This document shows, in pieces, positions 51,127 to 61,502 of a stretch of DNA of 64,000 bases. Position 1 is the stretch's first letter, and the number at the start of each line of letters is the position of its first letter. This DNA comes from Ministeria vibrans ATCC 50519 (Eukaryota > Protista > Filasterea), in assembly GCA_943704425.1 (NCBI GenBank), contig CALSCP010000692.1:10589-74588 (forward strand). Reading direction: 5' to 3'. The position numbers were made by a program, and so were the translations under genes. The notes beneath the pieces are model-generated. The model was given only the letters and a program-made list of their open reading frames with translations. It was not told the DNA's origin and ran no database searches.

Positions 51127-51810
51127 TCAAAGATTGTCATTTTCTTGGCCGGGCATGACACGACGCCGACGGTCGGCAATCTCCTTTGCACGCGCGCCCG
51201 CCAGCACGGGGTTTGTGTCGCGGTCGGTGAACTTGAAGGCGGTCTTGAAGCGGCCTGCGAGGCGGTGGCGGGGCGGAGTGCCTTTGCGGCGGATCGTCGT
51301 GCGGATCCTGCTTGTCATCCCGACGGAGGTGCGCGCCACGTCGGGGCTGACACTTGCCGACGACATGGGCGAGCCGCTTGGCGTCGACGCGGATGCGCTT
51401 TGGGGCGTTGCCAGGGCGTGCGGGGCGGGCGGTTGTGCCCAGCCGGCGTTTGGCGACCGTTGATCGCCGTCTGGCGCTCGCAGGTCTATTTCAGGCTCGG
51501 TCTTTACGCGAACTGCGGCATGTGCCCCAGGTGTAGCTGGTTCGCTTGACGGCGGCATGTCTTGCAAGGCAGAAGAGTGTGTTTGGTGGGCGTCGCTCGT
51601 TTCGCCTCTGGCCACCCTGTCCTCCACAAGGCTCTTCTGCGGGCTTTGAGGGCGGCAATCCTCTTTTCCGTGCGTATCGTGTGATGGAGAGGCAGAAGGC
51701 AGGCCGCTAGAGATGCAGAAGACGAGTTTCAGCCCTAACGGCCATTTGCATCGTTTTTTTTTTCAATCTTCTCAATCGCACTTGTCGGACGGTGCGTCTT
51801 CGCTGGACAT
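51127..51810 (-). CDS. Hypothetical low-complexity protein, probably two exons
   Basis: MSSEDAPSD can splice (GT-AG) in frame into ORF 51127-51627; S/P/T-rich with a basic C-terminus and a VKTE SUMO-type motif. Confidence 0.45.
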
Positions 51811-52557
51811 GCTGGCAGGCAGGGGGCACTCACAAAGGGGCGTGTATCTGTATTCCACCGGGAAAGGGACCGCAAGACGATGGGAGAGCGGTGCAGGGAC
51901 GAACAGCGTTTGAATTTGGCGCTGTCTCAAAAATATTGTCAAGAGAAAAATCAAACATAATCATCACAATTGACTTTTACAACTCGCCGATCCAAAGAAG
52001 AAGCTTTTTGAGCCATCAACCCAGGGAAGGGATTCGAAGTCTGTTAGTACTCATATTTCATAATAGGCTATAGATATTAGATAGAGCTAGTACGAAGGAA
52101 GCGGGCAAGCCGGCTACCAACTGCGAAAGGTCATTGATTCACACAGAATGATTTCAATTTTGAAGATCTTCAATATGTATAAATACTGAACAATGTAGCG
52201 CGTCATGGGCACTGAGTGAGACAGTCAAACTGCTCACTCAAACAGTTAGGGAGTGGGCCCAGTGTAACGCACATCATTGCATTGTAGAGGAGGTACACAT
52301 TTGTTGAGATCACTGAAGTGAAATTTGAAAAGTTTACTCCAACGAGAAGAAATGAATAATAATACAATAAAGTTATGAAGAGCAATGCAATGTTTCCGCC
52401 ATTGGCATTGTAGTTGAAATAGGAATAAAATAAGAGTTGAAGACGTAATAATAGTAACAACAGTAATAATTGAAGTGAGAAGTTTAAGTCCAGGAACCTG
52501 ATTGGAACATCAAAATAAATTATTTGGTCACAATTAAAATTAGTATTTTAATTCCAC

Positions 52558-54240
52558 ATGAATTACGTTGTACTGCTGGCCATTGTTGCGTCAGTCGCGT
52601 TCGCAACACCTCCCACGAGGTCTTTGTCTGGCGTTCCCGCAAAGCGCTATACGTTTCTGCTGGGCACTCACACGCACCGGGGGCATTTAATGCCGACGCT
52701 GTGGCTTGCAACCGCGTTGGCAACACGCCACAATGTCGCAGTCGCAACGGCGCACTCTTTCATCTCCGACCCTCTGTTCAGCAAAGGAAGCGAGTATGCT
52801 CATACCGCCCTTGTGGATGCCACACACTTGGACAAGGTATGTTTTTCAAATATGTCTTCGAAGCGGTTCAAACCGTTTCGATTGTTTCTCTACAGAGCCA
52901 ACGACTCCACATTTCTGCCACGCGTTGTAGAAATGGCAGAAACTGACGATGTCATCGGACTTATGAAGCTCTCGATGAGTCTGTCTCTCGATCGATTTGA
53001 GGAGCAGTTGGCAATCCATCGTGAGTACATTGCCCGCAAGAACCCCGACGTGTGCATCTATGATGTCACAAGTATCGCTACACTCGTTGCATGCCGCACA
53101 GCGGGCATTCCCACCATTGCAATGTTTCCTTCAAGTATTTGGTCAACGACGCTGGACAACGTGCCGCTGTTCATGTCTCCACAAACAATGAGCCACCGCT
53201 CGATGCTCACACGTCTGGTGCAAAAACTCTCCCTCTTGGCCATCCACTTGGATCTTCCTGGTTGGCTTGGCGGCGTACACGAAGCTTTGGCGGTCGCAAA
53301 CGTTGAAGATTACAACCAGTTTGGCTTTGCCTCCATGATGGACCGATCGCTTGTGCTCGTGACTTCCTTTTACGGATTTGACTTTCCCACTGCTCTACCG
53401 GCAAACCACGTTCTTGTGGGCTCCATGCAGCCCGACGAGTACCCCACACCCAAGGATGCATGGAAGGCACTGCCCGACGAGATGAAAGAGTGGCTTGACA
53501 ACTCGCCAGCCGACTACCCCAACGGTGTGGTCTTTGCCTCGTTTGGCACGTCGGGATTCCTCTTACCGCACCGTGTCCTCGAGTTTGTTGAAATGGTGCG
53601 GCGGATTGGTCGCACGCGCGGCCTGCGCGTCCTGTGGAAGCTCGATCCGCTGCAGGAGGAGGTCATTGGCAAGGGCGCCGGCCATAGACCCGACAACCTG
53701 CGCATCGTGTCGTGGATCACACCGTCGCTGTCCAGCATCCTGGTCCACCCCAAGGTGCGCGCCTTTATTACGCATTGCGGCTTGACGGCACCCTTCCAGG
53801 GCATGTTTGCGGGTGTGCCCATGATTGGCGCGGGAGCCATTGGCGACCAAATGTACCGTGTGCACCACCTTGAGCACGCGGGCATTGGGCGTGCTGCTCC
53901 CTTTCCGCTCATGGCCGACTCGTTGGCGCTCGCAGTGGAGCAAGTGGTCGACAATGAGGTTGAGCATCGAAAGGCGATTGCGCGTCTTGTGGACATCTAC
54001 GCACACAGTGGGCTGGGGGTCAAGCATGCCGCCAACATTGTCGAGCGCGCCGCCACGGTGGGCATCGACCACTTGCTGACGCCCAACCGCAACGTTCCGG
54101 CGTACGAGCGCCTTGGTCTGGACTTGCTTGTGGGCGCTCTCTTCGTAGGAGTGTTTCTGGCGCTCATGGTACCCGTGGGCTGCCGTGTGTGTGCGCGCCT
54201 CATTTGTGGCCGCGGTGGTGGAAAGATCAAGAAAGAGTGA
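52558..54240 (+). CDS. UDP-glycosyltransferase (GT1, ER-luminal type); intronless
   Basis: Signal peptide, GH catalytic motif, ASFGT, signature W...ILVHPKVRAFITHCG...GVPMI...GDQ, C-terminal TM helix and dilysine KIKKE*. Confidence 0.92.
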   Translation: MNYVVLLAIVASVAFATPPTRSLSGVPAKRYTFLLGTHTHRGHLMPTLWLATALATRHNVAVATAHSFISDPLFSKGSEYAHTALVDATHLDKVCFSNMSSKRFKPFRLFLYRANDSTFLPRVVEMAETDDVIGLMKLSMSLSLDRFEEQLAIHREYIARKNPDVCIYDVTSIATLVACRTAGIPTIAMFPSSIWSTTLDNVPLFMSPQTMSHRSMLTRLVQKLSLLAIHLDLPGWLGGVHEALAVANVEDYNQFGFASMMDRSLVLVTSFYGFDFPTALPANHVLVGSMQPDEYPTPKDAWKALPDEMKEWLDNSPADYPNGVVFASFGTSGFLLPHRVLEFVEMVRRIGRTRGLRVLWKLDPLQEEVIGKGAGHRPDNLRIVSWITPSLSSILVHPKVRAFITHCGLTAPFQGMFAGVPMIGAGAIGDQMYRVHHLEHAGIGRAAPFPLMADSLALAVEQVVDNEVEHRKAIARLVDIYAHSGLGVKHAANIVERAATVGIDHLLTPNRNVPAYERLGLDLLVGALFVGVFLALMVPVGCRVCARLICGRGGGKIKKE

Positions 54241-54907
54241 AGGATGAAGAAAGGATGAAGTTATTGAAGGATCGAATTTGAAGTCATGAACTGAAACATT
54301 ATTTATTTTTTGAGTGCATATCAACAAAATCAATTCTATGATTATAGGAAGATTATAGTAATAATAATAAAATAATATGAAGAAGAAGAAGAAGACATTT
54401 CCAAATTATTATCAATCACAAACGAAAAGCGACAACACAAACAGCTCAGAACCACTTTCTAAGCTACAGAAGCGTCGAGAGGAAACCTAGACAGGTTGAC
54501 TGTTGGCCAGACAAGTGACGCAATAGGCGAACTATAGGCACCAGATGGACACCAGATACCATATCCCTGAGAGGGACATAAGGCTCTGCCAGCACAAGGG
54601 CCGGCACTAGGTGGGAGGAGCAAGCTCCAGCACCTTTTTGGGGGAGGGGGTGGTATAGTGGTGCTTCAGTGGTGGACTACCGATACATTCTGATCGAGGG
54701 CGTCGTTGTGTGACGGACAGACTGCTGCTTTGCGCCTCGAGGCGCGGATGTGAGAAAGGTTACTCACTTAGGTTAGTGGTTGCATGGAGATGTGTATANN
54801 NNNNNNNNGGGGGGGGGAGGGGAAGACGGGGAATTTGGGAAGGGGATATGTAGAAGATATATCATGGAAAAAGAATTATAAGAAACTAAGAACAAAAATA
54901 AATTATC

Positions 54908-55010
54908 GAGAATAGAGAGAGCTGTACTGAGTGTACTCTTGTGTACTCAATGTCAGAAGTCAAAACAAGCAAAAAACAACGCACCACTTCCACCGTAGTC
55001 CGTAGACTTG
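54908..55010 (+). repeat. Dispersed intergenic repeat, copy 2
   Basis: GAGAGCTGTACT...GTACTCAATGTCAGAAGTCAAAACAAGC...CTTCCACCGTAGTCCGTAGACTT. Confidence 0.7.
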
Positions 55011-55197
55011 TATTATATATAATCTATTTTTGCATTTTGCAAAAAATACGTTGACAAGACGATTCTCAACGAATTCTCAACTCCACTTTTTATATTCCTA
55101 AAAAATAGTTTTGAAACAATTCCAATCACTCATTTTTCCCCCATTACTCATTGCTATAACCCACACCAAACGAAACCACCGCATACCCACCCCCAAA

Positions 55198-58100
55198 ATG
55201 GCGCGCTTCAGGACGATAGATGGTGACATTCTCGCAGAGAGCGACAATTCAACCGCCATGCTCATTCCGCTGAACGACCTCCTGGCCCACCGAATGAACG
55301 ACGACGCGCTCCTCTACACCGCCCTGGACGTACCTCCCATTGCCCACATGTTGTACTCGGTCATGACGCTTGTGCATCGCATCCTCGAGCGAAGTGTCCG
55401 TCTGATTCTCGTCGAAACCGACGAAACGCCGCGCTTCCCCTTTCTTTACTCCCTGCTGCTCCAGCACCTCAAAGACCACGGCATTCCTCGCTTGTCGATT
55501 ATCAAAGCGTCATCTCTCCACGACCCGGATCTGTGGGCGCTCATCGAGCGCGAAGACGTTGCCATGACGGCTGCGTGCGACGACAACAAAGAAAGCATCG
55601 CGTTTGCAGAGCTTTCAATCCATCACGGCCGCGACGTCGCCTTCCTCAACGCCTCTCTCGACTTGAACACCCTCCATGGGTTTACTGCAAGCTCTCATCG
55701 CAACAAGGCCCGTTTTGAGCAGCGCTTGGAGGAAGTCGCCTCGAAGTATCATCATGACGAGGAAGCGAGCGACAGAACGGCGATGAGGCAACATCCACGC
55801 CTCGACGGTGCATCCTTGCGCACGCACCTCGCGGCTACTGCGGCTTCTGCCATTCTGTCGCCTACAAACGCCGATTTTGCGCGCGCTCTCTCAGTTACTT
55901 TGTCACTTCTTGACGACACCAGCGAGCGCGGCTGGACAATTCTCCAGCGTATCAAGTTCAGCCAGTCCATCAATGAGACTCCCGTTGAGACCATCTCACT
56001 TGCGAAAAACTTTTTCAGTCAATGGTCTGCGGCGATTGATCTGGATGCTTTGCAGCACGTCGACAGCACGGCCATTGCAGATTTCATCGACACACGTCTC
56101 TTCCTCGCAGTTCTTGCCCATCTCGCTCATGACCATGTCGCGACTCTCACCATTCCTCCCTTTGCCTTTTCGGTCTGGGCCCATTATTTTGCTCTCGAGC
56201 CTTTGCTGGTGCCGCTCCAGCACCTCACGGCCGAGCATACGGGAGTGCCAACGACTGCACTTTGCTCTCCAAGCGAGACCCTTGCGTCGACCATCACTTC
56301 TTCATCCCTCTCATTTACACACATTCCGTTGTGGCTGTCGCTCGTCCAGCACTGCGAACTCTCACCTAGCGTGCTTGCCTCGCTCGCCCAAGTTTGGGGC
56401 GACATTCTTACTCCCGCGGTTCTACCGCGACCCGCCGGAAAAAGTGCGGCGGCCGCCGACCCACCCGCGACCCCGGACGCGTGGGACGACAGTCCAGCGT
56501 GCACCCCCATGTCGGAAGCAGGCACAAGTGCGCCTCTGCCGGCATCGTACAGCGTGTACCGCGACTCAATGCACTGGCACTCCAACAAGCCACTGACGCC
56601 CTTCTCGATGTACAAAAAGACACAAGAGGAAAAACGTCGCGAACGCCTGGCTGCGATTCAACACTTCGCCGACCTCTTTTACACCACCTGGCACCAGAAA
56701 CACGACATTGGCAACGCCAAATACGACAGAAGTGAGCTGTGCGAAAAACAACGTGTGTTTTATCGCCAGAAAGCCACCAAGCTTGTCGATGCAGAGGGTC
56801 AGAAGATGTCCCGCTGGATGACCCGCTATGCACAGGCACTCGAAGGGTCCACTGCGCTTGGACAGCGCACCAATGTGACCTATGCTTCCTCCAAGAAGCG
56901 TGGTGCGACAAGTACCAACGTCAAAGTGTCACGCACCGCTCGCGAGATTGTGAAGGAAAACACAGTACGTGCGCTCAAGAAGAAGTGCGATGAAATGTTG
57001 GGCAGAATGAGTCGCAACAGCCGTGAGTCGTCCGTCGGCAATGCATCCTTTGTGCACTTTGCGCAACTCGCTACGCTGTTGAAGGACTGCATCGACAACC
57101 TCGACCCAAACGAAGGCGCAGCAACACGCACACGCGCTGAGCTCGACGACTTTCTTGTGCACCTGTCCGCCTCGCTGCGTAAGAGCCTGCAGCACCAATT
57201 GAAGTCGTCGGTGAATGTGGCAGCTAAGTCGTCGTCATCGTCGTCCTCGTCGTCGTCGTCGTCATCGTGTGCACTGGCTCGCTCAGCGGATTACATGGTG
57301 TTTTTGCGCGACTCCGTCATGCCCCTGTGCCCTTGGTCGGAGCGTGCGAGCATTGCTGTTGCTGAAACGGTAGCTATGTTGGAGCATAGTGCGCCACACG
57401 AATGGCCCGCTGGCGCATCCTTTCGTGCAATTCTGATGCGCGCTCCAAACGAGAGTGCCTCGGCGCTGCAGGAGAACATTTGGGCAAGCATGCAGTTGCG
57501 CCACATGGGCGCACTACTGTCGCGCGTGCCCTCCGCAGCCGCAGTTGCAGGCGGCGCCGAGCCAGTGTCCGAAGCAGACCCACGCGTGAAGATCAAACCT
57601 GACCGATGGCAGCGCGATGTGCTGGACTGCATTGACGCGGATCACTCGGTGGTTGTGTGTGCGCCCACGTCGTCCGGCAAGACGTTCATCTCCTTTTACG
57701 TCATGGAGCGCGTCTTCCGTACGTACAAGGATCACAATGATGGTATTGTAGTGTTTGTGGCGCCCACTAAGGCGCTTGTGACGCAGACGGCAGCGCAGGT
57801 GTACGCGACGTTTGACAACGACAACGCTTGGGGCATCTTCACACGCGACTACCGCTACAACCTTGAGACTGCGCGTGTGCTTGTATGCGTACCACAGACG
57901 CTGCATATCCTGCTTTTCTCCTCTAATGCACCCGAGTGGCGTAAGCGCATCCGCCGTGTTATCATTGATGAGGTGCACATGGTGTCGGCGTCGGCGGCGC
58001 TCAAGGCGGCAACTGGCGATGTGTCGCGCAGTGCGTCCAGCGCCGAGTGCATTGAACAAATTGTGCGCGTGCTCCCCCCCACGTGCCCTATTGTCGCTCT

Positions 58101-60519
58101 CTCGGCGACTCTGGGTAATCCTAAGGAGTTCCGCGAGTGGCTGGCAAAAGTGCGCGCGCGCCAGGGCGACACCAAAGAAGTGAAGTTGGTGGAGCACGAT
58201 GAGCGATACAGCTTTTTGCGTACGAGGCTCTTCAAGGCGTCGCCACAGCCTCTTTCGTTGGTACACGGGGGTCAGGCGCCTCTGCCGGGACCCGTACCAC
58301 GTCCGCTCGCCGCCAACACAACCAGCGAACACGCACATGCGCTCCCGTCGCACGATGACGCGGCCGTGTTTGTACCGGTCCATCCGCTCGCGTGGGCGCA
58401 CACACAGACAGCAGCCAACGCGTCCATTGACTACTCCACCATGACGATGGAGCCAGCGGACACGCATGCGCTCTATGCGCAGATGCTGACGGTGCGTCCG
58501 GCGCTCGAGTCGCTCAAGGGCCCCCTGGCACCCGCCACGTTCTTTTCTGGGACACCGTTTGTCGACAAGCCACGTACAACGCAGTACACACGCGCACTCA
58601 CACTCGAGCTTTCTTCGTGGCCCGTCGCCGAGACTAACAAGGTCATTGAGCATTTTCGGACGGCCATAGAGGGAGTGCACTCGACGACGGTGCACCAAGT
58701 GGTACCCAAGACGGAAGAAGGCGACGACCGTGCCACGCGCGAGATTGCGTACACTGACCGGGACTACCCGCACGCTGTTGTGCGGGAGCTTGTGGATGCA
58801 CTGGCGCGCACCCAGCGCTTGCCGGCAATTCTGTTTGGCTGGAATCGACGGCAACTGACAAGTCTGGCCAGGACACTGACGGAAGGTCTCATTGAAGCGG
58901 AGGCGCGTGCAGGTCTGACACCGCGCGAGGAAGAAGAGCAGCCAGCGGGAGTTCGGGGTACAGGCAAAAAGGGCGCGTCGTCCTCGAAGGAGGAGAGCGA
59001 GCGAGAGGCAGCCGAGGATCGTGGGGAAGGACTCGGGGTGGCACGGCAGGCCAAGTATGCACATGCAAACTACACATATGCGTCGCAGTCGCTGTCGCCG
59101 AGTGAGTTTGATGAGATTGTGATGGACATTGGCGGACGCAGTATGTTGCTGGAGATGCGGCACAGCGGGATGGAGAATCTTCAATTTGCAATGTTGCACC
59201 GTGGCATTGGGCTGCATCACTCGGGGCTGAGCCGCCACTACCGCTCGCTTGTCGAGACGCTCTTTCGCCGACGCTACGTGCGCGTGCTCTTCTCGACGAC
59301 AACGCTTGCGCTTGGCATCCACGCGCCCTGCCGCACTACTGTCTTCATGGGCGACTCGCGCTTCCTCACACCCATCAGCTTTGCACAGATGTCGGGACGT
59401 GCGGGACGTCGCGGCTACGATGTGTGTGGCCATGTGGTTCTCGTGGGCCTGGGCTTCTCCAAGATGCGCCGGCTGATGCGTGCGCCAGTGCCGCGCGTAA
59501 CGCCCAATGCGACGGGCACACATGCAACGCTTATGCTACAGGGACTTCACTTGGCACAGCCGCAGGCGCCAGACTCGCGAGAGGCCATCGAACGGCTGGC
59601 GATCATGATGGCCACGCCAATGGGCCTTGTGGTGGGCCAGACGGGAACATCACAGGAGATCGCCACTGAAGAACTGCGCTCGGCACTGCTGCTCAGCCAG
59701 GCACGTCTTGTGCTCAGCTACTTGCACCGCGCTGAGATTATCACTGACGATGGCGTGCCGCGGGGTCTCGCTGCGCTTGTGACCCACCTGTGGTGGACGC
59801 ATCCGCGTGCGCTCATCTTGGTCGAGCTCATGCGTGAGGGGGCTCTGGACCGTCTCGACCAGGACACACTGCTTTGTGTGCTCGCTCGCATCTTCACCGC
59901 CCGTCGTCTCCACCCAAGCTTCTTAGAAGGAGAGTCAACCAATCTGCGCGCCCTGCCCTCACTCCCGTTGCGTGTCCACGAGTGCCTGCGCACTTTCAAT
60001 GAGCGTGCACGCTCGCTCACCATCGCGTCCCTGCGTGAGTTTGAACGTGCAATGGGGGCGAAAATTGACGTAGGCCATCGCATCCCACTGTCATCGGTGA
60101 CGGTTGGTCGCGAATCATGCGCGGATCAGTTGTCAGGCGGGGTGTTGTCCCCTCTGGTGGCGCTGTCGGGTCTCAATGGCGACTCGGCGTCTCTTGCGAC
60201 TGTGCTCCCGCACCTGCGTCCCGGTCTGCACATTGATGAGTCGCTGCTGCCCTCGTTTGAACTTGACAAGCCGAGCACTCACTGGTCTGCTTACGCCGTC
60301 GACTTCTTCCGCCATGGCGACCTGAACCTGCTCCAGTACGAGAACGGACTGCGCGACAGCGAAGCATACAATGCGCTCGACGACTTTGCCAACATTTTGC
60401 GCGCCATTGCACAGGCCATCGTGGTGTGCGTCGATGCAGCGGAACGCAGTACGCTCGAGACGGACATTTGCTCGATTGCCGATCGCTTTTACGACAAGCT
60501 GACGAGTCGTCGTGCGTGA
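55198..60519 (+). CDS. DDX60: DDX60-like Ski2-family DExH RNA helicase; intronless
   Basis: PDRWQRDVLD, APTSSGKTFISFY, FVAPTKALV, WGIFTRDYR, IIDEVH, ALSATLGNP, RGIGLHHSGL, TLALGIHAPCRT, QMSGRAGRRGYD; family-typical HWHSNKPL and C-terminal AYAVDFFRHG. Confidence 0.9.
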   Translation: MARFRTIDGDILAESDNSTAMLIPLNDLLAHRMNDDALLYTALDVPPIAHMLYSVMTLVHRILERSVRLILVETDETPRFPFLYSLLLQHLKDHGIPRLSIIKASSLHDPDLWALIEREDVAMTAACDDNKESIAFAELSIHHGRDVAFLNASLDLNTLHGFTASSHRNKARFEQRLEEVASKYHHDEEASDRTAMRQHPRLDGASLRTHLAATAASAILSPTNADFARALSVTLSLLDDTSERGWTILQRIKFSQSINETPVETISLAKNFFSQWSAAIDLDALQHVDSTAIADFIDTRLFLAVLAHLAHDHVATLTIPPFAFSVWAHYFALEPLLVPLQHLTAEHTGVPTTALCSPSETLASTITSSSLSFTHIPLWLSLVQHCELSPSVLASLAQVWGDILTPAVLPRPAGKSAAAADPPATPDAWDDSPACTPMSEAGTSAPLPASYSVYRDSMHWHSNKPLTPFSMYKKTQEEKRRERLAAIQHFADLFYTTWHQKHDIGNAKYDRSELCEKQRVFYRQKATKLVDAEGQKMSRWMTRYAQALEGSTALGQRTNVTYASSKKRGATSTNVKVSRTAREIVKENTVRALKKKCDEMLGRMSRNSRESSVGNASFVHFAQLATLLKDCIDNLDPNEGAATRTRAELDDFLVHLSASLRKSLQHQLKSSVNVAAKSSSSSSSSSSSSSCALARSADYMVFLRDSVMPLCPWSERASIAVAETVAMLEHSAPHEWPAGASFRAILMRAPNESASALQENIWASMQLRHMGALLSRVPSAAAVAGGAEPVSEADPRVKIKPDRWQRDVLDCIDADHSVVVCAPTSSGKTFISFYVMERVFRTYKDHNDGIVVFVAPTKALVTQTAAQVYATFDNDNAWGIFTRDYRYNLETARVLVCVPQTLHILLFSSNAPEWRKRIRRVIIDEVHMVSASAALKAATGDVSRSASSAECIEQIVRVLPPTCPIVALSATLGNPKEFREWLAKVRARQGDTKEVKLVEHDERYSFLRTRLFKASPQPLSLVHGGQAPLPGPVPRPLAANTTSEHAHALPSHDDAAVFVPVHPLAWAHTQTAANASIDYSTMTMEPADTHALYAQMLTVRPALESLKGPLAPATFFSGTPFVDKPRTTQYTRALTLELSSWPVAETNKVIEHFRTAIEGVHSTTVHQVVPKTEEGDDRATREIAYTDRDYPHAVVRELVDALARTQRLPAILFGWNRRQLTSLARTLTEGLIEAEARAGLTPREEEEQPAGVRGTGKKGASSSKEESEREAAEDRGEGLGVARQAKYAHANYTYASQSLSPSEFDEIVMDIGGRSMLLEMRHSGMENLQFAMLHRGIGLHHSGLSRHYRSLVETLFRRRYVRVLFSTTTLALGIHAPCRTTVFMGDSRFLTPISFAQMSGRAGRRGYDVCGHVVLVGLGFSKMRRLMRAPVPRVTPNATGTHATLMLQGLHLAQPQAPDSREAIERLAIMMATPMGLVVGQTGTSQEIATEELRSALLLSQARLVLSYLHRAEIITDDGVPRGLAALVTHLWWTHPRALILVELMREGALDRLDQDTLLCVLARIFTARRLHPSFLEGESTNLRALPSLPLRVHECLRTFNERARSLTIASLREFERAMGAKIDVGHRIPLSSVTVGRESCADQLSGGVLSPLVALSGLNGDSASLATVLPHLRPGLHIDESLLPSFELDKPSTHWSAYAVDFFRHGDLNLLQYENGLRDSEAYNALDDFANILRAIAQAIVVCVDAAERSTLETDICSIADRFYDKLTSRRA

Positions 60520-60564
60520 GAATACAATAAAAACTTAATTATTCTTAGTCTTGATAATAAAATC

Positions 60565-60655
60565 AATAGAGAATCGAGAGCCGTACCCAATGTCAGTTGT
60601 CAAAACAAGACTAATAGGCTATATACATTATACAAAACATAGAGCAGCACAATAC
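60565..60655 (+). repeat. Dispersed intergenic repeat, copy 3
   Basis: AATAGAGAATCGAGAGCCGTACCCAATGTCAGTTGTCAAAACAAG...AGAGCAGCACAATAC. Confidence 0.75.
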
Positions 60656-60736
60656 GTTATACGAGTCATGATAATAATGATCACAGTCACAATGATTCAC
60701 TTTTAAAACCTTGCAACTTATTCATTTTTACTTGCC

Positions 60737-61413
60737 ATGTCTAAGTTAGTGCGACTCATCCGAACGACCGTCGTCAACATCTGCGAAGACTACGCGACAG
60801 TCTTCAAGGAGTTTGTAGAAGACGCTCGCGAGGCGCCTCTCAAGTCGCTGGTGTACGCAGCGGCCGTCGGCGGACTGGGCGGACTCATTGCCACGCGCCC
60901 AACGCAAGACGATCTCCACACGGCTCTCACTAGCGCAAGCTGCGCGCTCGCACTTGTACCGCGCTCGGCAAGGAACCCGCGCGCCGTCAAGTACGTCGAG
61001 CGGGCCCGTGAGCTTCAGGGGGCGCGACGGTTGCGCTACCAAAATTTGCTCTTTGTGGCGTTGCTCATCGAAGAGAATGTCGCAGACGAGTGCAAGAACC
61101 CCGCTGTGCTGGCGGAGGCGCGCCTGCAGTGGCACGCGTTCGACTGGAAGGCGTGGTGGGACGAGCGGGTCGTCGACATTGGCGTGGCTGGCAAGTGGCG
61201 CTATCTTGAAGAAGCCATGGTGCGACTCAAAGGCCCTCCCTCTCATGATCGCTCTTCTGTCATGCTCACTCTCTCATTTTTCCATTTTTCGTTCTCTCTT
61301 TCTTTTTGGTTCAGGTTGAATTTGAAACACACGAGAACGATTTTGATCAGACCATTGCGCTGGTTGTGCCGACAGGAATTGACATGGATAAAGCGAGACG
61401 TCCTCGCGTGTAG
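60737..61413 (+). CDS. TIMM29: Mitochondrial TIM22 complex subunit Tim29 (C19orf52)
   Basis: EDYATVFKE...AREAPLKSLVY, LALVPRSARNP, RRLRYQNL, ERVVDIGVAGKWRYL...M|VEFETHENDF align with recalled TIM29 RDYAEACRD...ARARPGRAAVY, LLLLAPATRN, GRLRYVNL, RVLDVGFVGRWWVL...MRDCDINDDEF. Confidence 0.85.
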
Positions 61414-61502
61414 AGCAAGAAACTAAGTTGATTGTATCATTGTATAATAATAATAAAAAAACTGTACCAACTATTCAAGATCAATGTTTCAGTTTATTGC
61501 CT

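Noticed and set aside
52203-52460. 85 aa hydrophobic ORF in an AT-rich spacer
   Set aside because: Non-ATG start, AT-rich composition unlike the real genes here, and no motifs.
57514-59523. 669 aa antisense ORF inside the DDX60-like gene, and similar antisense ORFs within SPT6, the UGT and SHLD2
   Set aside because: Shadow ORFs expected from GC-rich codon bias; no recognisable motifs.
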